Source of the DNA: Gammaproteobacteria bacterium
GTDB taxonomy: Bacteria > Pseudomonadota > Gammaproteobacteria > S012-40
Assembly (NCBI GenBank): GCA_026982215.1
Contig: JALSHN010000036.1
Location: 1-31,550, forward strand
Reading direction: 5' to 3'
Length of the DNA: 31,550 nt
Each line of letters opens with the position of its first letter. Positions within the stretch are counted from its first letter, which is position 1. Position numbers and translations under genes: made by a program. The notes under the pieces were generated by a model that saw nothing but the letters and a program-made list of their open reading frames with translations, was not told the DNA's origin and ran no database searches. Below, piece by piece: positions 20,294-31,157 of the stretch.

Positions 20294-21726
20294 TCGGGGA
20301 ACACCACCTCGGGCAGCCAGGTGGCCAGCTGCGGCCAGGCGGCCACTAGTCCCAGGGCGATGAGCTGGATGAGGATGAAGGGCAGCACCCCGCGGTAGAT
20401 GTGCCCGGTCTTCACCTCGGCGGGGGCCACCCCGCGCAGGTAGAAGAGGGCGAAACCGAAGGGTGGGGTGAGGAAGGAGGTTTGCAGGTTGAGGGCGATC
20501 ATCACCCCCAACCACACCGGGTCAACGCCCATGGCCAGCAGCACCGGGCCGACGATGGGTACCACCACGAAGGTGATCTCGATGAAGTCGAGCACGAAGC
20601 CCAGCAGGAACATCAGCAGCATCACCAGGATCAGGGCGCCGGCGGTGCCGCCGGGGAGGTCGGACAGGAAGTCGTGCACCAGCTCGTCGCCGCCGAAGCC
20701 ACGGAACACCAGCGAGAACAGCGCCGCGCCGATGAGGATGAGGAACACCATGCTGGTGACCTCCACGGTGGAGCGCATCACCGCGTTCAGGGTGGCGAGG
20801 TCGAGACGTTTGCGGGCCGCGGCCAGCAGCATCGCCCCCACCGCCCCTACCGCAGCGGCCTCGGTGGGGGTGGCGGCCCCGGCCATGATGGAGCCGAGCA
20901 CGGCGAGAATCAGCCCCAGGGGGGGCAGTAGCGCCCGGCTCACCCGCCCCAGCAGTGCGCGGGGGGCGGGGCGCAGCTCGGGGGGCAGTGGCGGCATGGT
21001 CCCTGGGCGCAGCCAAGCGGTGGCGAGGACGTAGGCCAGGTAGAGCCCCACCAGCAGCAGCCCGGGGATCAGGGCGCCGACGAACAAATCGCCCACCGAG
21101 ACGGTGTCCGGGGAGAAGATGCCCTGGTCGAGCTGGGCCTGCTGGTAGGCCGAGGAGAGCACGTCGCCCAGCAACACCAGGACGATGGACGGGGGGATGA
21201 TCTGTCCCAGGGTGCCCGAGGCGCAGATGGCGCCACTGGAAAGGGCGGGATCGTAGCCGCGCTTGAGCATGGTGGGCAGGGCCAAGAGGCCCATGGTGAC
21301 CACGGTGGCGCCGACGATGCCGGTGCTGGCCGCCAGTAACATCCCCACCAGGACCACCGACAGCCCCAGCCCGCCGCGCAGGCCGCCGAACAGGGACGAG
21401 AGGGTGTCCAGCAGTTCCTCGGCCACCCGTGAGCGTTCCAGCATCACCCCCATGAAGACGAACAATGGTACCGCCATCAGGGTCTGGTTGGTCATGATGC
21501 CGTAGAGGCGGTTGGGGAGGGCACCGAGGAAGGCGTCGTCGAACACGCCCAGCCAGTGGCCCACACCGGCGAACAGCAGTGCGGTGCCGCCCAGGGTGAG
21601 GGCCACGGGAAAGCCGGCCATGAGGAACAGGCACACGGCGAGGAACAGGTAGAGGGCCATGAAGTCCAGCGGCCCGTAGGCCGGGGCCTGGTAGCTGAAG
21701 TCCATGGCCTCATAGGCGAATTCCAT
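20290..21726 (-). CDS. dctM: TRAP transporter large permease
   Basis: Highly hydrophobic; motifs AVPLFVFMG, LAASTGIVGA, GTLGQIIPPS, TPTEAAAVG and FLTPPFGFALFYL; TGATG coupling with dctQ. Confidence 0.92.
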   Translation of the reverse strand: MEFAYEAMDFSYQAPAYGPLDFMALYLFLAVCLFLMAGFPVALTLGGTALLFAGVGHWLGVFDDAFLGALPNRLYGIMTNQTLMAVPLFVFMGVMLERSRVAEELLDTLSSLFGGLRGGLGLSVVLVGMLLAASTGIVGATVVTMGLLALPTMLKRGYDPALSSGAICASGTLGQIIPPSIVLVLLGDVLSSAYQQAQLDQGIFSPDTVSVGDLFVGALIPGLLLVGLYLAYVLATAWLRPGTMPPLPPELRPAPRALLGRVSRALLPPLGLILAVLGSIMAGAATPTEAAAVGAVGAMLLAAARKRLDLATLNAVMRSTVEVTSMVFLILIGAALFSLVFRGFGGDELVHDFLSDLPGGTAGALILVMLLMFLLGFVLDFIEITFVVVPIVGPVLLAMGVDPVWLGVMIALNLQTSFLTPPFGFALFYLRGVAPAEVKTGHIYRGVLPFILIQLIALGLVAAWPQLATWLPEVVFPD

Positions 21727-22259
21727 CAGAGTTCACCCAATTCTTCGGGCGTCGGTTCCGGGGTCCGGCCGCGGAGGAACAGCACGCGACGCAGGATCTC
21801 TGCCACCGCCTGGAGGGCCAGCAGGGTGGGCATGATCAGCAGCAGTGTCTTGAGGAGATAGACCCAGGGCAGGCCGCCGGCCTCGCGGGAACCCTCACGC
21901 AGGGCCCAGGATTCCATTACGTAGTCCCCGGCGGACCAGCCGATGAAGGCACACAGCGGCAGGGTGAACAATAGATGGCCGAGCAGGTCCACCCAGGCCT
22001 GGCCGCGGGGGGAAAGGCGTTGGTAGAAGATGTCCACCCGCACGTGGCCGTTGCGCCGCAGGGTGTAGGCGGCGCCGACCATGAACACCAGGGCGTGGAG
22101 GTAGAGCGCCGATTCCTGGAGGGCGATCCAGCCGAGGTCGAAGCCGTAGCGCAACACCACCACCGTGAAGGTGATCACTACCATGCCCAGGGTGGCCCAG
22201 GCGATGAGGCGGCCGCTCCATTCGCTGAGACGATCGACGGCGTGGATGAGTGGATGCAT
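21726..22259 (-). CDS. dctQ: TRAP transporter small permease (177 aa)
   Basis: Four TM segments; motifs VVLRYGF, LQE...YL and HVRVDIFY; ATG 22259 chosen over the ORF-track start at 22313. Confidence 0.9.
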   Translation of the reverse strand: MHPLIHAVDRLSEWSGRLIAWATLGMVVITFTVVVLRYGFDLGWIALQESALYLHALVFMVGAAYTLRRNGHVRVDIFYQRLSPRGQAWVDLLGHLLFTLPLCAFIGWSAGDYVMESWALREGSREAGGLPWVYLLKTLLLIMPTLLALQAVAEILRRVLFLRGRTPEPTPEELGEL

Positions 22260-22347
22260 GGTTGGCTCGATTGGGCGGGAAAAGGCGGCCATCGGCGCGC
22301 AAGTGGCGGGCATCCTACCGGATAGGCAGGGGCTGGGGCAAGGGTGG

Positions 22348-22944
22348 TCAGTCCAGCCGGGGGCGGTTGTGGAATACCAGGGTGGGGCGTTTTCCGTGGA
22401 GCTGGATGCGGCTGAGGTGGGCGTTGTCCACTTGCAGCCGGTAGAGGGCCTGCGGGGGGGCCTCCAGGGCGTGGGTCAGCAGGGCACGGATCACTCCGGC
22501 ATGGGCCACCACCAGCAGGCGGGGGGCAGGATGGTCCAGTAATCGCTGCCAGGCGTGTCGGGTGCGTTCCAGGAAGGTCTCCAAAGGCTCGGCGCCGGGG
22601 GGGCGAGCATGGATGGGGTCACGATAGAAGGCGCGGTAGCCCTCGGGGTCCTCGGCCTGGATCTCGACCCGGGTCTTGCCCTCCCAGGCGCCGAAGCCCA
22701 CTTCTTTGAGGTCCTCGTCGATGTGCAGCGCCAGATCATGGCGCTCGCTCACTTCACGGGCGAATTCCCGGCAGCGGCGCAGCGGTGAGCTGACGATGAC
22801 GTCCCAATGACACTGGGTGCCGACGGCGGTGCGCATCTGCTCCCAGCCTCGGGGGGAGAGGGGGTCATCCACCCCGTGGCCGCGGTAGCGGGAGCCGCCT
22901 TGGGGTTGGCCGTGGCGGATGAGGTCGAGGGTGCGGTGGGTCAT
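22348..22944 (-). CDS. Histidine phosphatase family protein (CobC/phosphoglycerate mutase-like)
   Basis: RHG motif (LIRHGQP), SSPLRRC, E..FGAWEG, GAE and VAHAGVIR; substrate cannot be determined from sequence. Confidence 0.9.
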   Translation of the reverse strand: MTHRTLDLIRHGQPQGGSRYRGHGVDDPLSPRGWEQMRTAVGTQCHWDVIVSSPLRRCREFAREVSERHDLALHIDEDLKEVGFGAWEGKTRVEIQAEDPEGYRAFYRDPIHARPPGAEPLETFLERTRHAWQRLLDHPAPRLLVVAHAGVIRALLTHALEAPPQALYRLQVDNAHLSRIQLHGKRPTLVFHNRPRLD

Positions 22945-22951
22945 TCCGAAA

Positions 22952-22981
22952 AGTATCGCTTGGCGGTAAGAAGAATGGCAA
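22952..22981 (-). promoter_or_regulatory. sigma70-like promoter TTGCCA-N18-GATACT, ending 7 nt before the phosphatase ATG
   Basis: Motif match and spacing; no Shine-Dalgarno sequence before the ATG. Confidence 0.45.
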
Positions 22982-23066
22982 GTGAGCGATTTTCTTGGCT
23001 AGTGATGACGGATTTTGAGGGCCTCACATTCCCGTATTGCTGGATGTTTTGTGAAGTGGAACGCAG

Positions 23067-23094
23067 AAAAAAGCACCCCGCCGGGGCGGGATGC
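23067..23094 (-). terminator. Rho-independent terminator downstream of the globin gene
   Basis: Minus strand GCATCCCGCC-CC-GGCGGGGTGC-TTTTTT: GC-rich stem followed by a U6 tract, starting 29 nt after the stop codon. Confidence 0.85.
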
Positions 23095-23122
23095 CTCGTT
23101 TCCGGTTGCCGACGACGGGGGG

Positions 23123-23947
23123 TCAGCTGGCCTGGCGGCGGCAGAGCACGTCGTCGCGCACGGATTCGGCGATGGCGGCCACTTGCTGGATGAGGTCGTC
23201 GGCCACGCCCAGTTCTTTGAGGGTCGCACCCAAGAGTTCGATGATGACGTCCACGTGGGTGTCGTTGAGGCCCTTCTCCAACAGGTGGCGGTGACCTTCG
23301 CACATGTCCTTGCCGGTGTAGTTGTTGGGTCCGCCGAAGGCCATGGTGAGGAAGGCCTTTTGCTTGGCGGCCTGTTTTTCCATGTCCACACCTTCGAAGA
23401 AATAGTTGACCCGGGGGTCGGCCAGGACCTTGCGGTAGAAGATGTCCACGGCGGCGTTGACCGCGGCTTCACCACCCAGTTTTTCGTACAGGCTCTTGTC
23501 TTCAGTCGTCATGGTTTGCTTCTCCTCTTCAGTGTATCCGGCGAGCACGTCGGCGCGCACGGAGTTGGCGATGTCGGCGACCTGGGCGATGAGGTCGTCA
23601 GGGACGTTCAATTCCTTGAGGGTCTCGCCCAAGAGTTCGATGATGACGTCCACGTGGGTGTCGTTGAGGCCTTTTTCCACCAGGTGGGCGTGGCCCAGGC
23701 GCATGTCGCGGCCGGTGTAGTTGTTGGGTCCGCCGAAGGCCATGGTGAGGAAGGCCTTTTGTTTGGCGGCCTGTTTTTCCATGTCCACGCCCTGGAAGAA
23801 TTCGTTGACTCGGGGATCGGCCAGGACCTTGCGGTAGAAGATGTCCACCGCGGCGTCCACCGCGGCTTCGCCGCCCAGTTTCTCGTACAGGCTGCGGTTG
23901 TCGTTGGTGGGTTTGCCGGTCAGGAGTCGGATCAGGGCTGAGAACAT
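23123..23947 (-). CDS. glbN: Two-domain group I truncated hemoglobin (2/2 globin, GlbN/trHbN-like), 274 aa
   Basis: Two copies of SLYEKLGG..AV.AAVD.FY..VLAD.RV..FF..VDM..Q..KQKAFL..AFGG...Y.G..M..GH.HL...GL...H; AGGAG ribosome-binding site 8 nt before the ATG. Confidence 0.93.
   Translation of the reverse strand: MFSALIRLLTGKPTNDNRSLYEKLGGEAAVDAAVDIFYRKVLADPRVNEFFQGVDMEKQAAKQKAFLTMAFGGPNNYTGRDMRLGHAHLVEKGLNDTHVDVIIELLGETLKELNVPDDLIAQVADIANSVRADVLAGYTEEEKQTMTTEDKSLYEKLGGEAAVNAAVDIFYRKVLADPRVNYFFEGVDMEKQAAKQKAFLTMAFGGPNNYTGKDMCEGHRHLLEKGLNDTHVDVIIELLGATLKELGVADDLIQQVAAIAESVRDDVLCRRQAS
23144..23893 (-). repeat. Internal tandem duplication in the globin gene (period 399 bp; units 23893-23543 and 23494-23144)
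   Basis: Manual alignment gives 102 of 117 identical residues (about 87%) with no gaps. Confidence 0.95.
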
Positions 23948-23986
23948 GGAATGAGCTCCTTTTATGTGGCTATTGATCGTGGCCTT

Positions 23987-24015
23987 ATCCTACGCCCTCA
24001 TTGTTGTATTGTAAA
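23987..24015 (-). promoter_or_regulatory. sigma70-like promoter of the globin gene: TTTACA-N17-TAGGAT
   Basis: -35 matches 5/6, -10 matches 4/6, spacer is 17 nt; AT-rich island in a GC-rich genome. Confidence 0.65.
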
Positions 24016-24021
24016 TACATG
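24003..24021. promoter_or_regulatory. NsrR-like (Rrf2 family) operator: CATGTAT-TTACA-ATACAAC on the minus strand
   Basis: Matches the gATGyAT-N5-ATrCATc pattern in 11 of 12 core positions; centred on the globin -35 element. Confidence 0.62.
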
Positions 24022-24023
24022 TT

Positions 24024-24050
24024 AAAGGCCGAGCGTTTTCCTTGGCCTTT
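24024..24050 (-). terminator. Hairpin after hemE (AAAGGCCGAG-N7-CTTGGCCTTT); possible terminator
   Basis: 10-bp imperfect inverted repeat starting 15 nt past the hemE stop; short U-tract on the minus strand. Confidence 0.45.
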
Positions 24051-24064
24051 TGCTGGCCGGGGTG

Positions 24065-25131
24065 TCAGTCGCGGTGGTAGGGTCGGCTCAGTTGGTGGAC
24101 GGCGTCGATGAAGGCGGCGGCGTGTTCGGGATCGACTCCGGGGTGGATGCCGTGGCCGAGGTTGAAGACGTGGCCGGAGCCACGGCCGTAGGCGGCGAGG
24201 ATGTCGGCGACCTCCCGCTGGATGCGCTCGGGAGAGGCATAGAGGACGCAGGGATCCATGTTGCCTTGCAGGGCGACTTTGTCGCCCACCCGGCGGCGGG
24301 CCTCGCCGATGTCGATGGTCCAGTCCAGCCCCAGGGCATCGGCGCCGGTCTCGGCCATGTCCTCCAGCCAGGCGCCGCCACCCTTGGTGAACAGGATCAC
24401 CGGGACGCGGCGACCCTCGGCCTCGCGGGTGAGCCCTTCGATGATGCGGGCCATGTAGCGCAGGGAGAATTCGCGGTAATCGCGGGGGGTGAGGATGCCA
24501 CCCCAGGTGTCGAAGATCTGCACCGCCTGGGCACCGGCGGCGATCTGGGCGTTGAGGTAGGCGGTGACCGCCTGGGCGGTCTTGTCCAGCAGGCGGTGCA
24601 TCAGATCCGGGCGGTCGTAGAGCATGCCCTTGACGCGGGCGTATTCCTTGCTGGATCCGCCTTCCACCATGTAGGTGGCCAGGGTCCAGGGACTGCCGGA
24701 GAAGCCGATGAGGGGGACGCGCCCTTGGAGTTCGCGGCGGATGAGGCGCACCGCGTCCATGACATAACCCAGCTCGCTTTCGGGGTCGGGGATGGGCAGG
24801 CGGTCGATGTCCGCTTCGCTTTGCACCGGGCGCTCGAAGCGGGGGCCCTCGCCCTGGGCGAAGTAGAGTCCCAGGCCCATGGCGTCGGGGACGGTGAGGA
24901 TGTCGGAGAACAGGATGGCGGCATCCAGGGGGAAGCGCTCCAGCGGTTGCAGGGTGACCTCGCAGGCCAGCTCGGGGCTGCGGCACAGCTCCATGAAGCT
25001 GCCGGCACGGGCGCGGGTGGCGCGGTATTCGGGCAGATAACGCCCGGCCTGGCGCATCATCCACACCGGGGTGAGGTCCACGGGCTCCTTGAGCAGGGCG
25101 CGCAGGAAGCGGTCGTTTTTCAGGGGGTTCA

Positions 25132-25132
<1 letters not shown>
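24065..25132 (-). CDS. hemE: Uroporphyrinogen decarboxylase (355 aa)
   Basis: Motifs [43 protein letters not shown] and FNLGHGI; ATG overlaps the gltD TGA (TGATG). The 767-aa ORF-track entry is an upstream in-frame extension artefact. Confidence 0.97.
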
Positions 25133-26544
<1,412 letters not shown>

Positions 26545-26557
26545 CTAGGTTGGGGCC

Positions 26558-29500
26558 TCAGGCGGCGTTGTTGACCAGGTTGTCCAGCAGCGATTCCAGT
26601 TCCAGCGCCTTGGGTTTGACCAGCCAGAAGCGGCCGACGTAGTCGTCGAAGGCCTCGAGGATCTGGGCGGCACGCGGGCTGGCGGTGGCGTGGTGGTAGT
26701 CGCGCAGCAGGTCACGGAGGTAGTTGCGGTAGGCCTCCATGTGTTCCGGCTGGATGCGGTGGATGTCGATGAGTTCGTGGTTGTAGCGATCGACGAAGGT
26801 GTTGTCTTCGTCGAGAACGAAGGCGAAGCCGCCGGTCATCCCGGCGCCGAAGTTGACCCCGGTGGGGCCAAGGCAGACGACCACGCCGCCGGTCATGTAT
26901 TCGCAGCCGTGGTCGCCCACGCCTTCGACGATGGCCAGGGCGCCGGAGTTGCGCACCGCGAAGCGCTCCCCGGCCAGCCCGGCGGCGTAGAGCAGCCCGC
27001 CGGTGGCGCCGTAGAGGCAGGTATTGCCGATGATGGTGGTCTCGTGGGCGGCGAACCGGCTCTCCTTGGGGGGGCGGATGACGATGCGCCCGCCGGCCAT
27101 GCCTTTGCCCACGTAGTCGTTGGCGTCGCCTTCCAGGTGGAGGTGCAGGCCGCCGGCGTTCCATACTCCGAAGCTCTGGCCGGCGGTGCCGGTGAGGCGC
27201 AGGACGATGGGGGCGTCTTCCATGCCCAGGTTGCCGTAGCGCTTGGCGATCTCGCCGGAGAGGCGCGCGCCGATGGAGCGGTGGGTGTTCTGAACCCGGT
27301 AATGGAACTCGCCGCCGCGCTTGGCTTCGATGGCGGGCAGGCAGTCGCGCACCATCTGTTCGGCCAGCTCGCCGCGGTCGAAGGGGCGGTTGCGGTCGAT
27401 GAGGCAGTGGCGCGGTTTGTCGGGGTCGCGCTGGGCGAGGATGGGGCTGAGGTCGAGGCGGCGCTGCTTGGGGGTCTCCCCGGGCAGCGGTTCGAGCAGC
27501 TCGGTGCGGCCGATGACCTCGTCCAGGCGGCGGTAGCCCAGACGGGCCAGCCAGTGGCGCACTTCTTCGGCGACGAAGCGGAAGTAGTTCATCACCATGT
27601 CCACCTTGCCGACGAAGTGCTTGAGACGCAGGACGTTGTCCTGGGTGGCCACCCCGGTGGCGCAGTTGTTGAGGTGGCAGATGCGCAGGTATTTGCAGCC
27701 CATGGCGATCATGGGGGCGGTGCCGAAACCGAAGCTCTCGGCACCCAACAGCGCGGCCTTGATGACGTCGAGGCCGGTCTTCAGGCCGCCGTCGGTCTGC
27801 AGCCGGACCTTGTCGCGCAGGTCGTTGTCGCGCAGGACTTGTTGGGTCTCGGACAGCCCCAGCTCCCAGGGGCCACCGGCGTATTTCACCGAGGTGAGCG
27901 GGCTGGCGCCGGTGCCGCCGTCGTGGCCGGCGATGGTGATGAGGTCGGCGTAGGCCTTGGCCACCCCGGCGGCGATGGTGCCCACCCCGGCCTCGGCCAC
28001 CAGTTTCACCGAGACCAGGGCCTCGGGGTTGACCTGTTTGAGGTCGAAGATGAGCTGGGCCAGGTCTTCGATGGAGTAGATGTCGTGGTGTGGCGGCGGG
28101 GAGATCAGCGCCACGCCGGGCTTGCAGTAGCGCAGTTCGGCAATGAGCTCGTTGACCTTGTGGCCGGGGAGCTGGCCGCCCTCGCCGGGCTTGGCGCCCT
28201 GGGCGATCTTGATCTGCAGCACCTCGGCGCTGCTGAGGTAGTGGGGGGTGACGCCGAAGCGCCCGGAGGCCACTTGTTTGATCTTGGAGCGTTTGACGGT
28301 GCCGTAGCGCTTGGGGTCTTCGCCGCCTTCGCCGGAGTTGGAGCGCCCGCCCAGGCGGTTCATGGCCTCGGCCAGGGTCTCGTGGGCCTCGGGGGAGAGG
28401 GCGCCCAGGCTCATGGCGGCGGAGTCGAAGCGTTTGACGATCTCTTCGACCGGCTCCACTTCTTCCAGGGGGACCGGCTGGGGGGCCTCGCGCAGTTTGA
28501 GTAGGTCGCGGAAGGTCATCGGCCGGCGTTCGTTCACCAGCCGGGCGTAGGCCTGGTAGTCCTGGTAGCGGCCGCTGACCACCGCCCGTTGCAGCGCCAT
28601 CACCACGTCGGGGTTGTAGGCGTGGTCTTCGCCGCCGTGGACGTATTTGTACAGCCCGCCCTGCTCGATGGGTTTGCGGGGGTTGAAGGCCCGCCGGGCC
28701 AGGCGTTCGATGTCGTCTTCCAGCTCGGCGAAGCCGGTGCCTTGCACCCGGCTCACCGCGCCGGTGAAGCACAGGTCCACCACCTCTTGATGCAGGCCGA
28801 CGATCTCGAACAGTTGCGCCCCGCGGTAGCTGGCGATGGTGGAGATGCCCATCTTGGAGATGATTTTGTAGAGGCCTTTGTTGATGCCCATGCGGTAGCG
28901 CTCGGCCAGCCGGGGCTTGACGCCGTCGGGGATCTCGCCGCGCCGCGCCATGTCGGCCAGGCATTCGTAGGCCAGGTAGGGATAGATGGCGGTGGCGCCG
29001 AAGCCGATCAGGCAGGCGAATTGGTGGGGATCGCGGGCGGTGGCGGTCTCCACGACGATGTTGGCGTCGCAACGCAGCCCGGCCTTCACCAGCCGGTGGT
29101 GCACCGCGCCGGTGGCCAGCAGGGCATGCACCGGGCGCAGGTCGGGGGCGATGTGGCGGTCGGAGAGGATGAGCACGGTCTTGCCGGCACGCACCGCGGC
29201 CTCGGCCTCGTCGCAGATGCGATGAATGGCGTCCTCCAGCCGGGTGCCTTTGGGGTAGGCGAGGTCGATGACGCTGTGGGCGTAGCGGGGGTCGTCGATG
29301 GCCAGCAGGCGGTCGAACTTGCCCTGGGAGAGGATGGGTGAGTCCACCACCAGCCGTTCGGCGTGTTCGGGGGTCTCCTCGAAGAGGTTCTTTTCCCGGC
29401 CGAAGCAGGTCTCCAGGGACATGACGATCTGTTCCCGGATGGGGTCGATGGGGGGGTTGGTGACCTGGGCGAATTTCTGACGGAAGTAGTCGTAGAGGGA

Positions 29501-31006
29501 GCGTTCGCGGCGGGAGAGCACGGCCAGGGGGGTGTCGTCCCCCATGGAGCCCACGGCCTCTTGGGCCGAGCCGGCCAGCACCGCCAGGACTTGGTCACGC
29601 TCTTCGAAGCTGACCTGGAAGAGTTTTTGGTAGGTCTGGAGGGTGGCCTCGTCGAAGTTGGCCCGGGTGCCCACGTCGTCGAGCCGGGCCTCCAGGCGTT
29701 TGGCCCGTTCGGCCAGCCATTGTTTGTAGGGCCGGCGCTTTTTGAGCATCTCGTCGATGTCGGCCGGCAGCAGCAGTTCGCCGGTCTGGGTGTCGGCGGC
29801 GATCATCTCTCCGGGTTTGAGCCGGCCCTTGGCGATCACGTCTTCGGGGGCGTAGTCGTAGACGCCGATCTCGGAGGCCAGGGTGATGTGGCGGTCGCGG
29901 GTCATCACCCAGCGCGCCGGGCGCAGGCCGTTTCTGTCCAGGGTGCAGGCGGCGTAGCGGCCGTCGGTGAGGACGATGCCGGCGGGGCCGTCCCAGGGCT
30001 CCATGTGCATGGAGTGGTATTCGTAGAAGGCCCGCAGGTCGGGATCGAGGTGTTCCAGGTTCTGCCAGGCGGGGGGGATGAGCAGGCGCATGGCACGGAA
30101 GATGTCCATGCCGCCGGCGAGCAGGGCCTCGAGCATGTTGTCCAGGCTGTTGGAGTCGGAACCGCTCATGGAGACCAGGGGGCGCACCTCGTCCATGGGC
30201 AGCAGGGGAGTCTCGAACTTGGGGCCGCGGGCCAGCGACCAGTTGCGGTTGCCTTCGATGGTGTTGATCTCGCCGTTGTGGGCCAGGTAGCGGAAGGGCT
30301 GGGCCAGGCGCCATTGGGGCAGGGTGTTGGTGGAGAAGCGTTGGTGGAATACCGCCAGCGAGGAGGCGAGGGTCTCGCTGTTGAGGTCGGGGTAGAACAC
30401 TGGGAGGTATTCCGGCATCACCAGGCCCTTGTAGGAGATGACCCGGCTGGAGAGGGAGGAGACGTAGAACACCTCGTCGTCGGCCAGGGCCTTTTCGGCA
30501 CGGCGGCGGGCAAGATAGAGCTTGCGGTCGAAGGCGGCGTCGTCTTCGATCTCGGCCGGGGCGGCGACGAAGATCTGTTCGATGCGGGGGCGGGTTTTCA
30601 GGGCCTGTTCCCCCAGGGCGGAGGGGTCGGTGGGGACTACACGCCAGCCCAGCGGTTGGAGGCCGGCGTATTTCAGGGCCTCGCCAAGGGTGTGGCGGGC
30701 ACGCTCGGCACGGGATGCCTCAGGATGGAGGAAGATCTGGCCGACGGCGTAGCGCTCGGGAAGGGCGATGCCGGCGGCCTCGGCGGCTTCCCGGAGGAAG
30801 GCATCCGGTTTTTTGAACAGCAGTCCGCAGCCGTCGCCGGTCTTGCCGTCGGCGGCCACTGCCCCGCGATGGGTGAGGCGGGCCAGGGCATCGATGGCGG
30901 TCTGCACCAGCCAGTGGCTGGGCTGGTCGTCCATTTGGGCGATGAGCCCGAATCCGCAGCTGTCTTTTTCGAAGGTGGGGCGATAGAGGCCGTGTGGTTC
31001 TCGCAT
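26558..31006 (-). CDS. gltB: Glutamate synthase large (alpha) subunit (1482 aa)
   Basis: Motifs EKDSCGFG (Ntn Cys), [38 protein letters not shown] and CHLNNCATG, plus GXGXG repeats; start at 31006 (MREPHGLY), not 31198. Confidence 0.98.
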   Translation of the reverse strand: MREPHGLYRPTFEKDSCGFGLIAQMDDQPSHWLVQTAIDALARLTHRGAVAADGKTGDGCGLLFKKPDAFLREAAEAAGIALPERYAVGQIFLHPEASRAERARHTLGEALKYAGLQPLGWRVVPTDPSALGEQALKTRPRIEQIFVAAPAEIEDDAAFDRKLYLARRRAEKALADDEVFYVSSLSSRVISYKGLVMPEYLPVFYPDLNSETLASSLAVFHQRFSTNTLPQWRLAQPFRYLAHNGEINTIEGNRNWSLARGPKFETPLLPMDEVRPLVSMSGSDSNSLDNMLEALLAGGMDIFRAMRLLIPPAWQNLEHLDPDLRAFYEYHSMHMEPWDGPAGIVLTDGRYAACTLDRNGLRPARWVMTRDRHITLASEIGVYDYAPEDVIAKGRLKPGEMIAADTQTGELLLPADIDEMLKKRRPYKQWLAERAKRLEARLDDVGTRANFDEATLQTYQKLFQVSFEERDQVLAVLAGSAQEAVGSMGDDTPLAVLSRRERSLYDYFRQKFAQVTNPPIDPIREQIVMSLETCFGREKNLFEETPEHAERLVVDSPILSQGKFDRLLAIDDPRYAHSVIDLAYPKGTRLEDAIHRICDEAEAAVRAGKTVLILSDRHIAPDLRPVHALLATGAVHHRLVKAGLRCDANIVVETATARDPHQFACLIGFGATAIYPYLAYECLADMARRGEIPDGVKPRLAERYRMGINKGLYKIISKMGISTIASYRGAQLFEIVGLHQEVVDLCFTGAVSRVQGTGFAELEDDIERLARRAFNPRKPIEQGGLYKYVHGGEDHAYNPDVVMALQRAVVSGRYQDYQAYARLVNERRPMTFRDLLKLREAPQPVPLEEVEPVEEIVKRFDSAAMSLGALSPEAHETLAEAMNRLGGRSNSGEGGEDPKRYGTVKRSKIKQVASGRFGVTPHYLSSAEVLQIKIAQGAKPGEGGQLPGHKVNELIAELRYCKPGVALISPPPHHDIYSIEDLAQLIFDLKQVNPEALVSVKLVAEAGVGTIAAGVAKAYADLITIAGHDGGTGASPLTSVKYAGGPWELGLSETQQVLRDNDLRDKVRLQTDGGLKTGLDVIKAALLGAESFGFGTAPMIAMGCKYLRICHLNNCATGVATQDNVLRLKHFVGKVDMVMNYFRFVAEEVRHWLARLGYRRLDEVIGRTELLEPLPGETPKQRRLDLSPILAQRDPDKPRHCLIDRNRPFDRGELAEQMVRDCLPAIEAKRGGEFHYRVQNTHRSIGARLSGEIAKRYGNLGMEDAPIVLRLTGTAGQSFGVWNAGGLHLHLEGDANDYVGKGMAGGRIVIRPPKESRFAAHETTIIGNTCLYGATGGLLYAAGLAGERFAVRNSGALAIVEGVGDHGCEYMTGGVVVCLGPTGVNFGAGMTGGFAFVLDEDNTFVDRYNHELIDIHRIQPEHMEAYRNYLRDLLRDYHHATASPRAAQILEAFDDYVGRFWLVKPKALELESLLDNLVNNAA

Positions 31007-31097
31007 ATCGGATTCTCGTGGTTGGCGCGCGGGCGGGGGCCGCCTTGGTTTTTGGAATGAACGCGCCGGCGCGGGGCCGGCGGGCAAATGGCCGAAA

Positions 31098-31127
31098 ATT
31101 ATACGGCCCTGGCCGGGCGCGGTGCAA
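31098..31127 (-). promoter_or_regulatory. sigma70-like promoter for gltBD-hemE: TTGCAC-N18-TATAAT
   Basis: Perfect -10 element (31103-31098) and a TTG -35 element, in the intergenic gap upstream of gltB. Confidence 0.6.
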
Positions 31128-31157
31128 TCGGCAGGGTTGTGGGGATTTGCCGCGGGG

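Noticed and set aside
22982-23066. Possible cobalamin riboswitch upstream of the CobC-like phosphatase (an AATACGGGAA fragment)
   Set aside because: The region is too short, lacks the other conserved B12-element segments, and a promoter appears to sit downstream of it, directly at the ATG.
23973-23986. FNR-like site upstream of the globin (TTGAT)
   Set aside because: Only a half-site; there is no ATCAA at the N4 spacing.
26712-29072. 786-aa Arg/Pro/Gly-rich ORF overlapping gltB on the same strand, and similar shifted-frame ORFs elsewhere
   Set aside because: Composition is typical of an off-frame reading of GC-rich DNA, and gltB is intact in its own frame.
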